Origin: an uncultured Alphaproteobacteria bacterium
GTDB lineage: Bacteria; Pseudomonadota; Alphaproteobacteria; SHNJ01
DNA length: 64,000 nucleotides
Assembly (NCBI GenBank): GCA_964458615.1
Contig: CAYWJR010000001.1
Coordinates: 24,429-88,428 of the forward strand
Direction: 5' to 3'
The notes under the pieces are model-generated. The model did no database searches. It had not been told where the DNA came from and saw only the letters and a program-made list of their open reading frames with translations. Shown in pieces: positions 29,531 through 39,644 of this stretch; positions within the stretch are counted from its first letter, which is position 1, and the number at the start of each line of letters is the position of its first letter. The translations under genes and the position numbers were made by a program.

Positions 29531-30697
29531 GTGAAAATGACCAAAAAATCAACCATAGCGGCCCTTATCGTGGCCGGTGGATCAAGCCAGCGTTTGGCCA
29601 CAGCCGTGCCCAAACCCTATCATGTCCTGGCTGGCAAACCGATATTGAATTGGGCATTGGCGCCCTTTACCGCAAACGATTCGATTGGCGTTATCATGGT
29701 CGTCATTCGCCCACAAGACGCGGCATTGGTTGCAAATTGCAAGTTGCCCAAAAATATTCGAACCTGTCACGGCGGCACAACGCGCCAGGAATCGGTTCGT
29801 TTGGGGCTTGATGCGTTACAATCGGCAAATCCGGATTTTGTATTAATTCATGACGCCGCGCGCGCCAATTTATCCGCAACCGATCTTGATGCGATCATAT
29901 CCGCCATGCTGGCAAACCCAACAAATGGTCATGCCTTGGGTAAGAAAATCACCGATACAATCCACCGCCAGAATGACAATGGAACAATCGATGTTTTGTC
30001 CCGCGACGGATTATGGGGCGTTGAAACACCCCAAGCCTTTTCTTTCAAAGCGATTAATAATGCGCATCAATCGCAAAAATCCCTTTCTGCCAGCGATGAT
30101 TTAACCATTGCCGCCGCATGCGGAATGACCGTAAAATTGATCGAAAGTACTAGCGATAATTTCAAAATCACCCATCCCCAAGACCTAACGAAATTTGCCC
30201 AAATGAAAACCGCATCGATTCCCCGCACCGGTTATGGATATGACGTTCACCAATTGGTTTCTGGAAATGAAATCGTTCTTGGCGGGGTGCGGATTCCGCA
30301 TGACCGGAAATTATCCGGCCATTCCGATGCGGACGTCGTTTTGCACGCCGTAACCGATGCGTTGCTGGGCACTTGCGGCGGCGGCGACATTGGCTTGCAT
30401 TTCCCGCCAACCGACGATCGCTGGAAAAATGCCCCGTCGGCAATTTTTGTCAAAAAAGCCCTGGATATTGTCGCCGAACGCGGCGGAACGATTTCCAATA
30501 TCGACATCACCATTTTGGCGGAAGAACCCAAAATCGCGCCGCACCGAACCGATATGCAATTTAATATCGCCGCCATTTTAAATATCGGCGCAGATTGCGT
30601 GAACATCAAGGCGACGACGTCTGAGAAAATGGGATTTGTCGGGCGCGGCGAAGGAATCGCCGCCCATGCCATAGCCACTGTATTGTATAAATCGTAA
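29531..30697 (+). CDS. ispDF: Bifunctional 2-C-methyl-D-erythritol 4-phosphate cytidylyltransferase / 2-C-methyl-D-erythritol 2,4-cyclodiphosphate synthase.
   Basis: N-terminal IspD (AALIVAGGSSQRL...). C-terminal IspF (GYGYDVHQLVSGNEIVLGGVRIPHDRKLSGHSDADVVLHAVTDALLG). The fusion is typical of alphaproteobacteria. Confidence 0.9.
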   Translation: MKMTKKSTIAALIVAGGSSQRLATAVPKPYHVLAGKPILNWALAPFTANDSIGVIMVVIRPQDAALVANCKLPKNIRTCHGGTTRQESVRLGLDALQSANPDFVLIHDAARANLSATDLDAIISAMLANPTNGHALGKKITDTIHRQNDNGTIDVLSRDGLWGVETPQAFSFKAINNAHQSQKSLSASDDLTIAAACGMTVKLIESTSDNFKITHPQDLTKFAQMKTASIPRTGYGYDVHQLVSGNEIVLGGVRIPHDRKLSGHSDADVVLHAVTDALLGTCGGGDIGLHFPPTDDRWKNAPSAIFVKKALDIVAERGGTISNIDITILAEEPKIAPHRTDMQFNIAAILNIGADCVNIKATTSEKMGFVGRGEGIAAHAIATVLYKS

Positions 30698-30713
30698 CAT
30701 CAAAGGAATAGTC

Positions 30714-31169
30714 ATGCAAAAATTGGCCACACAAATCGCAAGCGGTTTCGGCACGGGTTATTTGCCAAAGGCGCCTGGCACATGGGCGTCTTTATACACG
30801 GCTGCTATCGTATTTTTGCTGCAAATATATCTTGGACAAACCGCATTGTTTTTATTTTTCGCCGCCGCTTGCTTGCTGTCGATCTGGTCTGTCGATGTCA
30901 TTTTAAAAAGCGATTCATCGTCCAAAGATCCTTCGTGGATTGTAATCGACGAAGTCGCCGGACAAACATTGGTGTTTTTCTATGTATTCGATCATGAATT
31001 ATGGCTGGCGATTTTGGCGTTTTTGGCATTCCGCGCGTTCGACATCATCAAACCTTGGCCAATATCGTATGTCGAAAAAAGATTCCAAAATTCTTTTGGC
31101 GTATTGGCCGACGATATTTTGGCCGGAATCCTTGCGGGCGTAGTCGTATTCATCGCGCAAGCAATATAA
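30714..31169 (+). CDS. pgpA: Phosphatidylglycerophosphatase A.
   Basis: GFGTGYLPKAPGTWASL motif. 151 aa integral membrane protein. Confidence 0.85.
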   Translation: MQKLATQIASGFGTGYLPKAPGTWASLYTAAIVFLLQIYLGQTALFLFFAAACLLSIWSVDVILKSDSSSKDPSWIVIDEVAGQTLVFFYVFDHELWLAILAFLAFRAFDIIKPWPISYVEKRFQNSFGVLADDILAGILAGVVVFIAQAI

Positions 31170-31181
31170 ACAGGTTACATA

Positions 31182-31679
31182 ATGTTCGATCAAAAATCAT
31201 TATACCGCGCCCGATTATTGGTCGACGCCATGGCCAAATTGAAATTGCGCGTCGGCATTGCCGAATCATGCACAGGCGGGCTTTTATCCGCATTGATCAC
31301 CGCAATCCCGGGTTCGTCGGCGGTTTTGCAATTCGGACACGTCACTTATTCCAACGAATCCAAAATCGAATTTTTGGGCGTATTGCCCGAAACATTGGCA
31401 AACTTTGGCGCCGTATCCGGCGAAATCGCGGGCGAAATGTGCGCTGGATTGATTCAAAAACACGGCAATTTGGATTTTGCAATATCCATCACCGGAATCG
31501 CGGGTCCCAGCGGCGGCACCAAGGACAAACCCGTTGGTCTTGTTTATATCGGCATTGGGCGAAAGGATATGCCGCCCATGGTTACGCGAAACGTATACAG
31601 CGGTGAACGCCAATCGGTACGCATGCAAGCGGCCATCGACGCCATCGAATTGTTACTGCAAATATTGAATATAGAATAA
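31182..31679 (+). CDS. CinA-family protein (C-terminal domain; nicotinamide-nucleotide amidohydrolase PncC-like).
   Basis: GIAESCTGGLLSALIT motif. Conserved ispDF-pgpA-cinA order. Confidence 0.85.
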   Translation: MFDQKSLYRARLLVDAMAKLKLRVGIAESCTGGLLSALITAIPGSSAVLQFGHVTYSNESKIEFLGVLPETLANFGAVSGEIAGEMCAGLIQKHGNLDFAISITGIAGPSGGTKDKPVGLVYIGIGRKDMPPMVTRNVYSGERQSVRMQAAIDAIELLLQILNIE

Positions 31680-32363
31680 TTTCAACAGCGCCAAATGCGC
31701 CGGGTAAAAAGCATAATAAAAATATCTGGGCAATCGTTTGATCGATACGTTCCATGACGCCACAAGCCATATCAACGGATAAGACAAAAGCGCGAATATA
31801 GAAAAGAATTGAAAAAAATTGCCCGCCATCGTGGCCAGCAATACCGTGAATAAAATCAAATCATCTTTATGCCGCAACCACAACACGATACATGGAATTA
31901 AAATTATTCCCGCCTGATAATAATCGGCAAAATATCCAACCGCGCCGAATAACACAACGATCAGCAACCAAATCAACGCCCTGAAAATTGGATTGAACCG
32001 GCCAAATAATAATTGTCTTTTATCGTAAATCCAAATCGCCAGAACGCCTAAACCCAGGGTAAAAAAGACGTTCAATTGCATATTGTCCATTGCCCAGGAA
32101 TAAAATGGCTGGCTGACAATTCCGAATCCGAACAACAACATCAAATATTTTTTGATATGACGCACATGATATTCGTAATTATAGGCCGCAACAAAGCAGA
32201 ACAACGGAAATGCCATGCGCCCGATGCACATCATCCATAATAATTCACGGCCGTAAATGATCGAATTGATATGGTCGATCGCCATAAACGCAACCGCCAG
32301 CAATTTCAACAATTCGATTTGGCCTGGTTTCAATTGCAAAATCTGATCCGTTTCAGTCCGCAT
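31653..32363 (-). CDS. TraX-family membrane protein (putative acetyltransferase-like, conjugative TraX/TrbP family).
   Basis: About 7 TM helices. N-terminal ...LKLLAVAFMAIDHI... resembles the TraX family signature. Assigned by motif only. Confidence 0.45.
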   Translation of the reverse strand: MRTETDQILQLKPGQIELLKLLAVAFMAIDHINSIIYGRELLWMMCIGRMAFPLFCFVAAYNYEYHVRHIKKYLMLLFGFGIVSQPFYSWAMDNMQLNVFFTLGLGVLAIWIYDKRQLLFGRFNPIFRALIWLLIVVLFGAVGYFADYYQAGIILIPCIVLWLRHKDDLILFTVLLATMAGNFFQFFSIFALLSYPLIWLVASWNVSIKRLPRYFYYAFYPAHLALLKLFYIQYLQ

Positions 32364-32814
32364 ATAATTCCTTTGCCCGTTTTTCGAATGCGTGAATCAT
32401 CGATTTTACCGCGGGATTGAACAATGGCCCGATAATCGTTTCCATCACATGCGACCGGAATTCGAAATCCACCATAAAGTCGATCCGGGTTTTATTTTTG
32501 CCAACCGGCGTGAAACGCCATTCATTATGCAGATAACGGAACGGACCATCTTTGTATTCCACCGTGATCAAATCGTGCGGGTGCAGATGAACGTGGCTTG
32601 TGAAACTTTCGCGGATTACTTTCCATCCGATAATCAAATCCGCAACAATGTGATTGGCCGATTGATCGCGCAACCGCACGGCGATGCACCATGGCAAATA
32701 TTCGGGATATTTTGCAACGTCCGCAACCATGTCGTACATTTGCGTTTGCGAATAATTCGTGATGCGTGAATCGGTAAATTTCGGCATGCGCCAAAATTTA
32801 TCCAAACGCGGCAA
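32353..32814 (-). CDS. SRPBCC/START-domain protein (RatA / Coq10 ubiquinone-binding family).
   Basis: 153 aa polyketide-cyclase-like fold. Conserved N-terminal region (...ITNYSQTQMYDMVADVAKYPEYLPWC...). Confidence 0.7.
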   Translation of the reverse strand: MPRLDKFWRMPKFTDSRITNYSQTQMYDMVADVAKYPEYLPWCIAVRLRDQSANHIVADLIIGWKVIRESFTSHVHLHPHDLITVEYKDGPFRYLHNEWRFTPVGKNKTRIDFMVDFEFRSHVMETIIGPLFNPAVKSMIHAFEKRAKELYAD

Positions 32815-32825
32815 AAGTCAACAGA

Positions 32826-33398
32826 TTAATCGGAAATGACTTGCGGCGCCGCTCTCATAACGACTTGAGGCGGAGGTGGCGGCGGCGGTGGTGGCGGTGG
32901 AGGCGGTGAAGCAACAGCTGTTGTCACTTTTACAGTATGCGTGACAGTTGCCGTTTGGCTTGGTGTCGATGGTGCTGGCGCCGAATAACTAGGCGTAGGC
33001 GACGGAATTACGGGAGTTACAGAAGATACCGTTGTCGTTGGCGCCGAATTACCAGTGGTAGGTCTTGTCGCAGTAACAACTGGCCTTACTGGCCGAACCA
33101 CGGCTGCGGATGCGCGTTGTAAATTGTTGTTATATGCATATGACGATTTCGATGGCGCGATCTTGCTAAAAGATATATTGCGCCCCTGCACTTCGGATAC
33201 TGCGCCCGATTGGTCGCCTGTGCTTGAATTCATTAATCGGCGCAACGGGTTTTGCGCAGCCTGATTGACGCCCGAATTCCGGTTATTGCGGTAATTTGTT
33301 GAATAATAATTTTGATCTTGCTGTGCATAGGCATCGGCGATTGGCGATAAAATCAATACCGCCATAATCAAAATTAGATGTCTCATAACCCTGTTCAT
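32826..33398 (-). CDS. Secreted low-complexity protein with a poly-proline (~P13) tract.
   Basis: Signal peptide MRHLILIMAVLILSPIADAYA. Asn/Ser/Thr/Pro-rich. C-terminal ...ASPPPPPPPPPPPPPQVVM encoded by a GGN/CCN simple repeat at about 32868..32906. Confidence 0.6.
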   Translation of the reverse strand: MNRVMRHLILIMAVLILSPIADAYAQQDQNYYSTNYRNNRNSGVNQAAQNPLRRLMNSSTGDQSGAVSEVQGRNISFSKIAPSKSSYAYNNNLQRASAAVVRPVRPVVTATRPTTGNSAPTTTVSSVTPVIPSPTPSYSAPAPSTPSQTATVTHTVKVTTAVASPPPPPPPPPPPPPQVVMRAAPQVISD

Positions 33399-33647
33399 TG
33401 CATCTCTACTGATTTTTATGCGATTTAATCGCTGTTAGTAACTATCGTATCATAATATTATTATTTGTCAATATCTTATATAGTAATATTATGTCAACAC
33501 AGTGCAATTTTCTTTCTAATTATATTGTATCAACCAATTGTTCCAGTTTTCTTACAGTTTTTACAAATATTTAAAAACTAACAGGCAAAATAAAAAAATT
33601 GCCAAATAATCAATAGTTAGCGCACACCCCGGTATGGCCGGTATGGA

Positions 33648-36362
33648 ATGAGCAGATCCAGGCTTCCAGCAGCAATCGAAAAAAAAGATTGCGGTTTATT
33701 GCCGCCCCGAATTTTTGATAATTCCGGGATCGTTGCCGTTGTAACAGATTCCGAAAATATAATTACCGATTGCAATCAAGCCGCCACCGATTTTTTCTCG
33801 CAAAATCATAACGACTTAGCAGGGGAAAATTTGCTGGCTCTGATCGACAATGGCGACAGAATATTTATCGAAAGCCTGGCCGCCAAAATAATCGATGGAA
33901 GCAAAAAAAATATCCAGTTAGAAAAACCGGTAATGGTTATATCCGAATCCGGATTCCAGGAAAAATGGATCCGCATCGATTGCAATATTTATGGATCAGA
34001 CAATAAATATCTTATCTATTTAATTCAGGATATTACCGCGCAACAAAAATCCGCAATCAAAGAAAAACAAACGGAAAAGAATCTAAACAATATTTTGTCC
34101 GCCATGGCGGATGGTTTTTTATTATTCGACTCCAACGGCCAATTGTTGGATTTCAGCCCGTCTATACACGATCTGTTTCCGCAAGTGCAGCAAAGCCTGA
34201 TCCCCAAAATGCATATCGCCGAGGTGTATAGCAAAATTATATACTCGCAAAATATAATTGACGCGCTTGATAACGAACAAACTTATTTACAAGAATGGCA
34301 AACCAAACAGATAACCGGGTCGTACAAATTATTTTTCAAACATAAAAATCAGAAAAATTATCTGCTGCAATACCACCAATCTCCGAACCAATCTATTTTA
34401 ACATTTACCGACGTCACGATGATCCGGGAAAAAGAAACGTTGCTGGCCACATTGGCGTCGGAAAATTCGCATTTGTCCAAAGCGGTCGACGCCACCCAGG
34501 TCGGCATCGCCATTTGCGATGCGCGATTGCCGTTAAAACCAATTATATATTTCAACCACGCCTTTCATACAATCGTCGGGCACGCCGCCGAGAAAGTAAT
34601 CGGCGAGAATATCGGTGTTTTATTCAATGCCGAAAGCGACCAAACGGCGATACGGCAAATCGAATCAGCATTGGAAAACAACGCCGTCGCGGACGTTGAA
34701 ACGAAAGCGGTCGACGCAGGCCACCGGACATTTTGGTGCCATATTCAAATCAATCCGATTATCGACGTAACGGGAATTTGCACCCATTTTGTTTTGATGC
34801 TGACCGACATCAGCCGGCGCAAAAATCAAGAACAGGAATTGATTCAGGCAAAGCGCGCCGCCGATGAGGCAAACAAGGCGAAATCCCAATTCCTTGCGAT
34901 TATGAGCCATGAAATCAAAACACCTATCAATGGCGTTATGGGCATGGTCGATTTATTGATGACATCGAATCCAAATGAAAAGCAGCAGCAATTTTTATCC
35001 ACGGCGAAAGAATCAGCCGGAAAATTGCTTGGACTTGTAAACGATATTCTGGATTATTCGGATTTGGAATCGAACCATTTGGCCATAAAACCGAAACCGG
35101 TGGATTTAAACGAATTGATACGCCGGTCATTGGCCGACATCAAAGAAGACGCGTTTAAAAAGAATCTAAGCCTGCAATTTTTGCTGGATCCCAAAATACC
35201 CAAAAAATTGTATGGCGACCCGGATCGTATTGCCCAAATCGTGCGCAATATTGTCGGAAATTCAATTAAATTTACCGAACGCGGCCATATCGAAGTACAT
35301 CTAAATCTGCTTTCGGAAACAAACAAAACGGCAAAATTGCAATTGAAAATCATCGATACAGGAATTGGAATTGCGCCGGACAAACTAAATTCCATTTTCG
35401 ATCCGTTTCACCAAATCGATTTATCGTTTACCAGAAAATACAGCGGCACCGGTCTTGGGCTTGCGATCTGCAAAAAACTGCTACAATTGATGCACGGCGA
35501 CATCAGCGCCAAAAGCACGCTTGGATCAGGCACAACGATCAATTGCACGCTGTCCCTGCCCCTGCACCCGCCGGAACATAGTGTAAATGGAAATTCAGAA
35601 GGCAAAACAACCAATAAAAAGAAAATATTGATTGTCGACGACAGCATGACAAACCGTATGATCCCGGCCAGCTTGCTGCGACCTTATGGATTTGAAATTC
35701 ACGAAGCCGATGGCGGAAAAAAAGCCATCGATCTGGCATCGACCCACGATTACGATTTGATATTGATGGATATTGCCATGCCCGAAATCGACGGCATCGC
35801 GGCGACACGCGCCATTATATCCGCAAAACCTGGGCGCCAGGTAAAAATAATCGCCATTACCGCGCATTCGTCGGAACAGGAAAAAACCAAATGCATTCGC
35901 GCCGGGATGATCGATTATTTAACCAAACCGGTTGATAAAGAAAAGTTATTGGCGGCCTGTTTTAACGTTATGAATATTTCATTTAAAAACGGTGGTGTCA
36001 TGGAAAACAAAAATATGTTGGATGAAACGATATTGCACCAATTGGAAAACGATATTGGCGATAAAACATTGCGAACATTGCTGGATGCGTTTATCGAAGA
36101 AACCGTGGAGCGGTTAAAATTGATCCGCCAATTCAGCCGCGAACAAAAATGGGAATATTTGGGCCGCGAAGGCCACACGTTAAAATCCACCAGTGGCAGT
36201 TTCGGACTTATGACGTTATGCGATAAATCATCGCAATTGGATGAATTGTGCCGCACGCAAAATTACATCCAGGCTGAACTGACCGCGGCGGAAATCGCCA
36301 ATATGGGCGGCGAATGCATCGGAACATTGCGCAAATGGATGGTGGAAAAACTGCCTAATTAA
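33648..36362 (+). CDS. Hybrid sensor histidine kinase/response regulator with PAS domains, HisKA, HATPase, receiver and C-terminal Hpt domain (tripartite ArcB/BarA/TorS-like architecture).
   Basis: H-box LAIMSHEIKTPINGV. G boxes (DTGIGIA, GTGLGLAICKKL). REC (ILIVDDSMTNR...LILMDIAMPEIDG...TKP). Hpt (HTLKSTSGSFG). Confidence 0.85.
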   Translation: MSRSRLPAAIEKKDCGLLPPRIFDNSGIVAVVTDSENIITDCNQAATDFFSQNHNDLAGENLLALIDNGDRIFIESLAAKIIDGSKKNIQLEKPVMVISESGFQEKWIRIDCNIYGSDNKYLIYLIQDITAQQKSAIKEKQTEKNLNNILSAMADGFLLFDSNGQLLDFSPSIHDLFPQVQQSLIPKMHIAEVYSKIIYSQNIIDALDNEQTYLQEWQTKQITGSYKLFFKHKNQKNYLLQYHQSPNQSILTFTDVTMIREKETLLATLASENSHLSKAVDATQVGIAICDARLPLKPIIYFNHAFHTIVGHAAEKVIGENIGVLFNAESDQTAIRQIESALENNAVADVETKAVDAGHRTFWCHIQINPIIDVTGICTHFVLMLTDISRRKNQEQELIQAKRAADEANKAKSQFLAIMSHEIKTPINGVMGMVDLLMTSNPNEKQQQFLSTAKESAGKLLGLVNDILDYSDLESNHLAIKPKPVDLNELIRRSLADIKEDAFKKNLSLQFLLDPKIPKKLYGDPDRIAQIVRNIVGNSIKFTERGHIEVHLNLLSETNKTAKLQLKIIDTGIGIAPDKLNSIFDPFHQIDLSFTRKYSGTGLGLAICKKLLQLMHGDISAKSTLGSGTTINCTLSLPLHPPEHSVNGNSEGKTTNKKKILIVDDSMTNRMIPASLLRPYGFEIHEADGGKKAIDLASTHDYDLILMDIAMPEIDGIAATRAIISAKPGRQVKIIAITAHSSEQEKTKCIRAGMIDYLTKPVDKEKLLAACFNVMNISFKNGGVMENKNMLDETILHQLENDIGDKTLRTLLDAFIEETVERLKLIRQFSREQKWEYLGREGHTLKSTSGSFGLMTLCDKSSQLDELCRTQNYIQAELTAAEIANMGGECIGTLRKWMVEKLPN

Positions 36363-38488
36363 GGCGTTTGAACTATTGTTCGTTCTTTGGGCATGTGGAT
36401 CGTAACCTTGGTTCCTTGATTCAGTCCGCTTTCCAAAATAATCGTGCCGCCGTGCATTTCCACCAGCGATTTGGTAATCGGCAACCCAAGCCCTGTTCCT
36501 TTGTATCTGCGGCTAATTTGGCTGTCGACTTGAATGAACGGCTCCATGGCGCGCGCAATGCTGTCGGGTTCCATGCCCACGCCATGATCCTGTATCGAAA
36601 CCGAAATCCCCATATCTTCGCGCAGCCAAAATTTAATTTCTATGCTGCCGCCGTCGCTGCTGAATTTTACCGCATTCGATACCAAATTGGTGAATATTTG
36701 CGTCATCGCGCGTTCATCCGCGTTCAATTTCGGCAAATTCTGCGGCATATCGATAAACAACTGAATGCCCGCGTTTTGCATTTCAATTTCAACGAAACTT
36801 TGTACCCGCGCCAATATATCGCTTAGAACCAATGGCGTGCTATTCAAATCCAGCTTGCCTTCTTCCATTTTGGACAGATCCAGAATGTCTTTGATCAAAT
36901 TCAACAAATGCTGACCGCTTTTGAAAATATGTTCCGAATATTCGACATATTTCGCATTGCCCAATGCGCCTAAAATTTGCGTTTGCATCGCTTCGGAAAA
37001 ACCCATAATGGCGTTTAACGGCGTGCGCAATTCATGGCTTACATTGGCCAGAAACCGGGATTTCGTCTTACTGGCCATCAACGCCGCATCTTTGGCCGTA
37101 CGCATTTCCTTGACCGCCTTTTCCCGTTTTTGGGTTTCGGAATTGAATTTATCAAGGATCATATTGTATTGCATGGCGATCGTGCCCGCCTCTGTTTCCT
37201 GCTCGACATCGACAGGGCGAGTAAAATCGCCCTCTTGGCGTTGGCGTTCCATTTCCTGCAATAATTTAAACAACGACGTATTCGCGCCATGTTCCGCCAC
37301 GTTTAATCCGATGCGTTCGGATTCGGGGTCGACGCGCAGCGCGAAAAACCGGTCGATTACCGCCAAACAAATGAATCCGACGGTGAAAGAATATGCACCG
37401 ATACTGACGATACCCAAAAATTGTACGCCCAATTGTTCCATGCGGGTAAGGCCGGAATCGAATGCCGTTGTCGGCGCGAATAACGCAACCGCCAACGTAC
37501 CCCAAATCCCCGCGAATAAATGCGCGGGAACGGCATTGATAACATCGTCGATTTGCAATTTTAACAATAATTCGCAGCCCGCATAACACACCATCGCGCC
37601 GATCATGCCGATAATGATCGCTGCATATGGCGTAATAACATGCGCGCATGCCGATATACTAACCAATCCAGCGACAACGCAACTGATCGATCGGATGACG
37701 TTTGGCCGGCCTTTAAAATGCCAAGATAACGCCAATGCGGTCAAACCGCCAATCGCGCCGCCCAATGCCGTATTCAAAATAACCAATGGCACATCGCCGG
37801 TGAATTGGGGCAACGACCCGCCGGTAAATCCGAACCAGCCCACCCACAACAACATCAATCCCAATGTCGCTTTGGGTAAATCGCTGCCTTCGATTTCGGT
37901 GCCTTGCGGGCCGAACCGGCCGATGCGCGGCCCGATAATAATCAATGCCGCCAGCGCCATCCAGCCGCCGACCGAGTGAACCACGGTCGATCCCGCGAAA
38001 TCGATGAATCCCAAACTGACCAGCCAGCCGGAACTGGTATCCGGAATCGACCCCCCCCACGCCCAATGGCCGGCGACGGGATAAATCAATCCTGATAAGA
38101 TGCAGGAACAAAACACATAACCGGTAAAACGGATCCGTTCGGCCACAGCGCCCGAAACGATGGTGGTGGCAATGGCGCAAAACGCCATCTGGAAAAGAAA
38201 GAAAGAATACAGCCACGAAGATGCGGTATCGCCGAATACAAAATAACTTCCGCCTATTATGCCGTTTTGGCTGGCGCCAAACATAATGCCAAACCCAAAC
38301 AGCCAGAATAACAAAGACGCGATACAAAAATCGACGACGTTCTTACCGGCGACATGGATGCTGTTTTTCGCGCGCACCAATCCGCTTTCAAGGCAAGTAA
38401 AACCCGCCTGCATCATGATGACCAGAATGGCGCAGAAAACCAGCCAGAAAATATCGAAATATTCGGATAAACCTTCTACCAAAATCAA
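36359..38488 (-). CDS. Ammonium transporter (Amt) domain fused to a histidine kinase (Amt-HK sensor).
   Basis: N-terminal ~400 aa is a typical Amt/MEP channel (about 11 TM helices; ...DFAGSTVVHSVGGWMALAALIIIGPRIGRF...). This is followed by an H-box (LANVSHELRTPLNAIMGFSE) and an HATPase_c domain (GTGLGLPITKSLVEMHGG). No receiver domain. 4-nt convergent overlap with the hybrid kinase. Confidence 0.8.
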   Translation of the reverse strand: MILVEGLSEYFDIFWLVFCAILVIMMQAGFTCLESGLVRAKNSIHVAGKNVVDFCIASLLFWLFGFGIMFGASQNGIIGGSYFVFGDTASSWLYSFFLFQMAFCAIATTIVSGAVAERIRFTGYVFCSCILSGLIYPVAGHWAWGGSIPDTSSGWLVSLGFIDFAGSTVVHSVGGWMALAALIIIGPRIGRFGPQGTEIEGSDLPKATLGLMLLWVGWFGFTGGSLPQFTGDVPLVILNTALGGAIGGLTALALSWHFKGRPNVIRSISCVVAGLVSISACAHVITPYAAIIIGMIGAMVCYAGCELLLKLQIDDVINAVPAHLFAGIWGTLAVALFAPTTAFDSGLTRMEQLGVQFLGIVSIGAYSFTVGFICLAVIDRFFALRVDPESERIGLNVAEHGANTSLFKLLQEMERQRQEGDFTRPVDVEQETEAGTIAMQYNMILDKFNSETQKREKAVKEMRTAKDAALMASKTKSRFLANVSHELRTPLNAIMGFSEAMQTQILGALGNAKYVEYSEHIFKSGQHLLNLIKDILDLSKMEEGKLDLNSTPLVLSDILARVQSFVEIEMQNAGIQLFIDMPQNLPKLNADERAMTQIFTNLVSNAVKFSSDGGSIEIKFWLREDMGISVSIQDHGVGMEPDSIARAMEPFIQVDSQISRRYKGTGLGLPITKSLVEMHGGTIILESGLNQGTKVTIHMPKERTIVQTP

Positions 38489-38546
38489 CTCTCCCGTGAT
38501 TGGTATTATATTGGCTTTTTACATCCGGGTCGCGCAAATAACGGTT

Positions 38547-39533
38547 TTAAGCCGTTTTTTTAAATTTTTCATTCCTGGCTTGTTGCAGTTTAACAAAATC
38601 GTCGCCAGCATGGTACGAAGAACGGGTCAATGGCGACGATGAAATCATCAAAAATCCTTTGCCCCTGCCCGCTTGCGCCAGCGATTCGAATTCATCCGGC
38701 GTGACAAAACGGTCAACGGCAATATGTTTTACGGTCGGTTGCAAATATTGCCCGATCGTCATGAAATCGACATCGGCGGCGCGCAAATCGTCCATCACCT
38801 GGCCGACTTCTTCCTTGGTTTCACCCAACCCGACCATGATGCCGGATTTGGTGAATATCGTCGGATCGATTTCTTTTACCCGCGACAGCAATTGCAAGCT
38901 GGCGAAATACCGCGCGCCGGGACGAACGGTTGGGTATAAGCGCGGCACGGTTTCCAAATTATGGTTGAACACATCGGGTTTGGCGCGGGCGACAATTTCA
39001 ATCGCTCCTTCTTTGCGCAAAAAATCGGGCGTTAAGATTTCAATCGTGGTTTTAGGCGACAACATGCGGATTTTGCGGATCGTTTGGGCAAAATGTTCCG
39101 CGCCGCCATCATCCAAATCGTCGCGATCCACAGATGTTACCACCACATGGCTAAGCCCCAGTTTTTGAACAGCCAACGCGACATTGTCCGGTTCATGCGG
39201 ATCCAATTTATCCGGCCGGCCAGTCGCCACGTTGCAAAATGAACAAGCACGCGTGCAAACCGATCCCAAAATCATAAACGTCGCATGTTTTTGCGACCAG
39301 CATTCGCCGATATTCGGGCACGCGGCTTCTTCGCAAACGGTGCGCAAATTCAAATCGCGCATCAATTCCTTGGTTTCATGATAAGTTTTCGATGTCGGCG
39401 CCTTTACACGGATCCAATCGGGTTTGCGTTGGATCGGATTGTCCGGGCGATGCGCTTTTTCTGGATGGCGCAGTGCAGCCTTGTTTGGCTCGGATTCAGG
39501 ACTGGAATCGGTAATTTTATTGTCAAATGTCAT
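38547..39533 (-). CDS. lipA: Lipoyl synthase.
   Basis: Radical-SAM CxxxCxxC (CTRACSFC) plus the N-terminal auxiliary cluster cysteines ([12 protein letters not shown]). Confidence 0.95.
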   Translation of the reverse strand: MTFDNKITDSSPESEPNKAALRHPEKAHRPDNPIQRKPDWIRVKAPTSKTYHETKELMRDLNLRTVCEEAACPNIGECWSQKHATFMILGSVCTRACSFCNVATGRPDKLDPHEPDNVALAVQKLGLSHVVVTSVDRDDLDDGGAEHFAQTIRKIRMLSPKTTIEILTPDFLRKEGAIEIVARAKPDVFNHNLETVPRLYPTVRPGARYFASLQLLSRVKEIDPTIFTKSGIMVGLGETKEEVGQVMDDLRAADVDFMTIGQYLQPTVKHIAVDRFVTPDEFESLAQAGRGKGFLMISSSPLTRSSYHAGDDFVKLQQARNEKFKKTA

Positions 39534-39644
39534 GCAGGTAATTTAGCACCCAACCACGATTAGAACAAGGGGACAGTGTTTTAAAAATGATTGGAAATTA
39601 ATGGGTTGGGCGCGCAAAAACCGCTAACGCCTTATTATCCCCTG

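Noticed and set aside
31001-31606. 201-aa Arg-rich ORF overlapping pgpA/cinA in another frame.
   Set aside because: Out-of-frame shadow of two conserved genes.
33630-33647. Tandem duplication ccggtatggccggtatgg just before the hybrid kinase start.
   Set aside because: Only two copies of a 9-mer immediately before the ATG. Most likely chance or part of the RBS context, not a repeat element.
37713-38327. 204-aa ORF in an alternative frame within the Amt-HK gene, and 36921..37586 on the opposite strand.
   Set aside because: Both are shadow ORFs of a gene with a clear Amt domain. Low-complexity Arg/Gly-rich translations.
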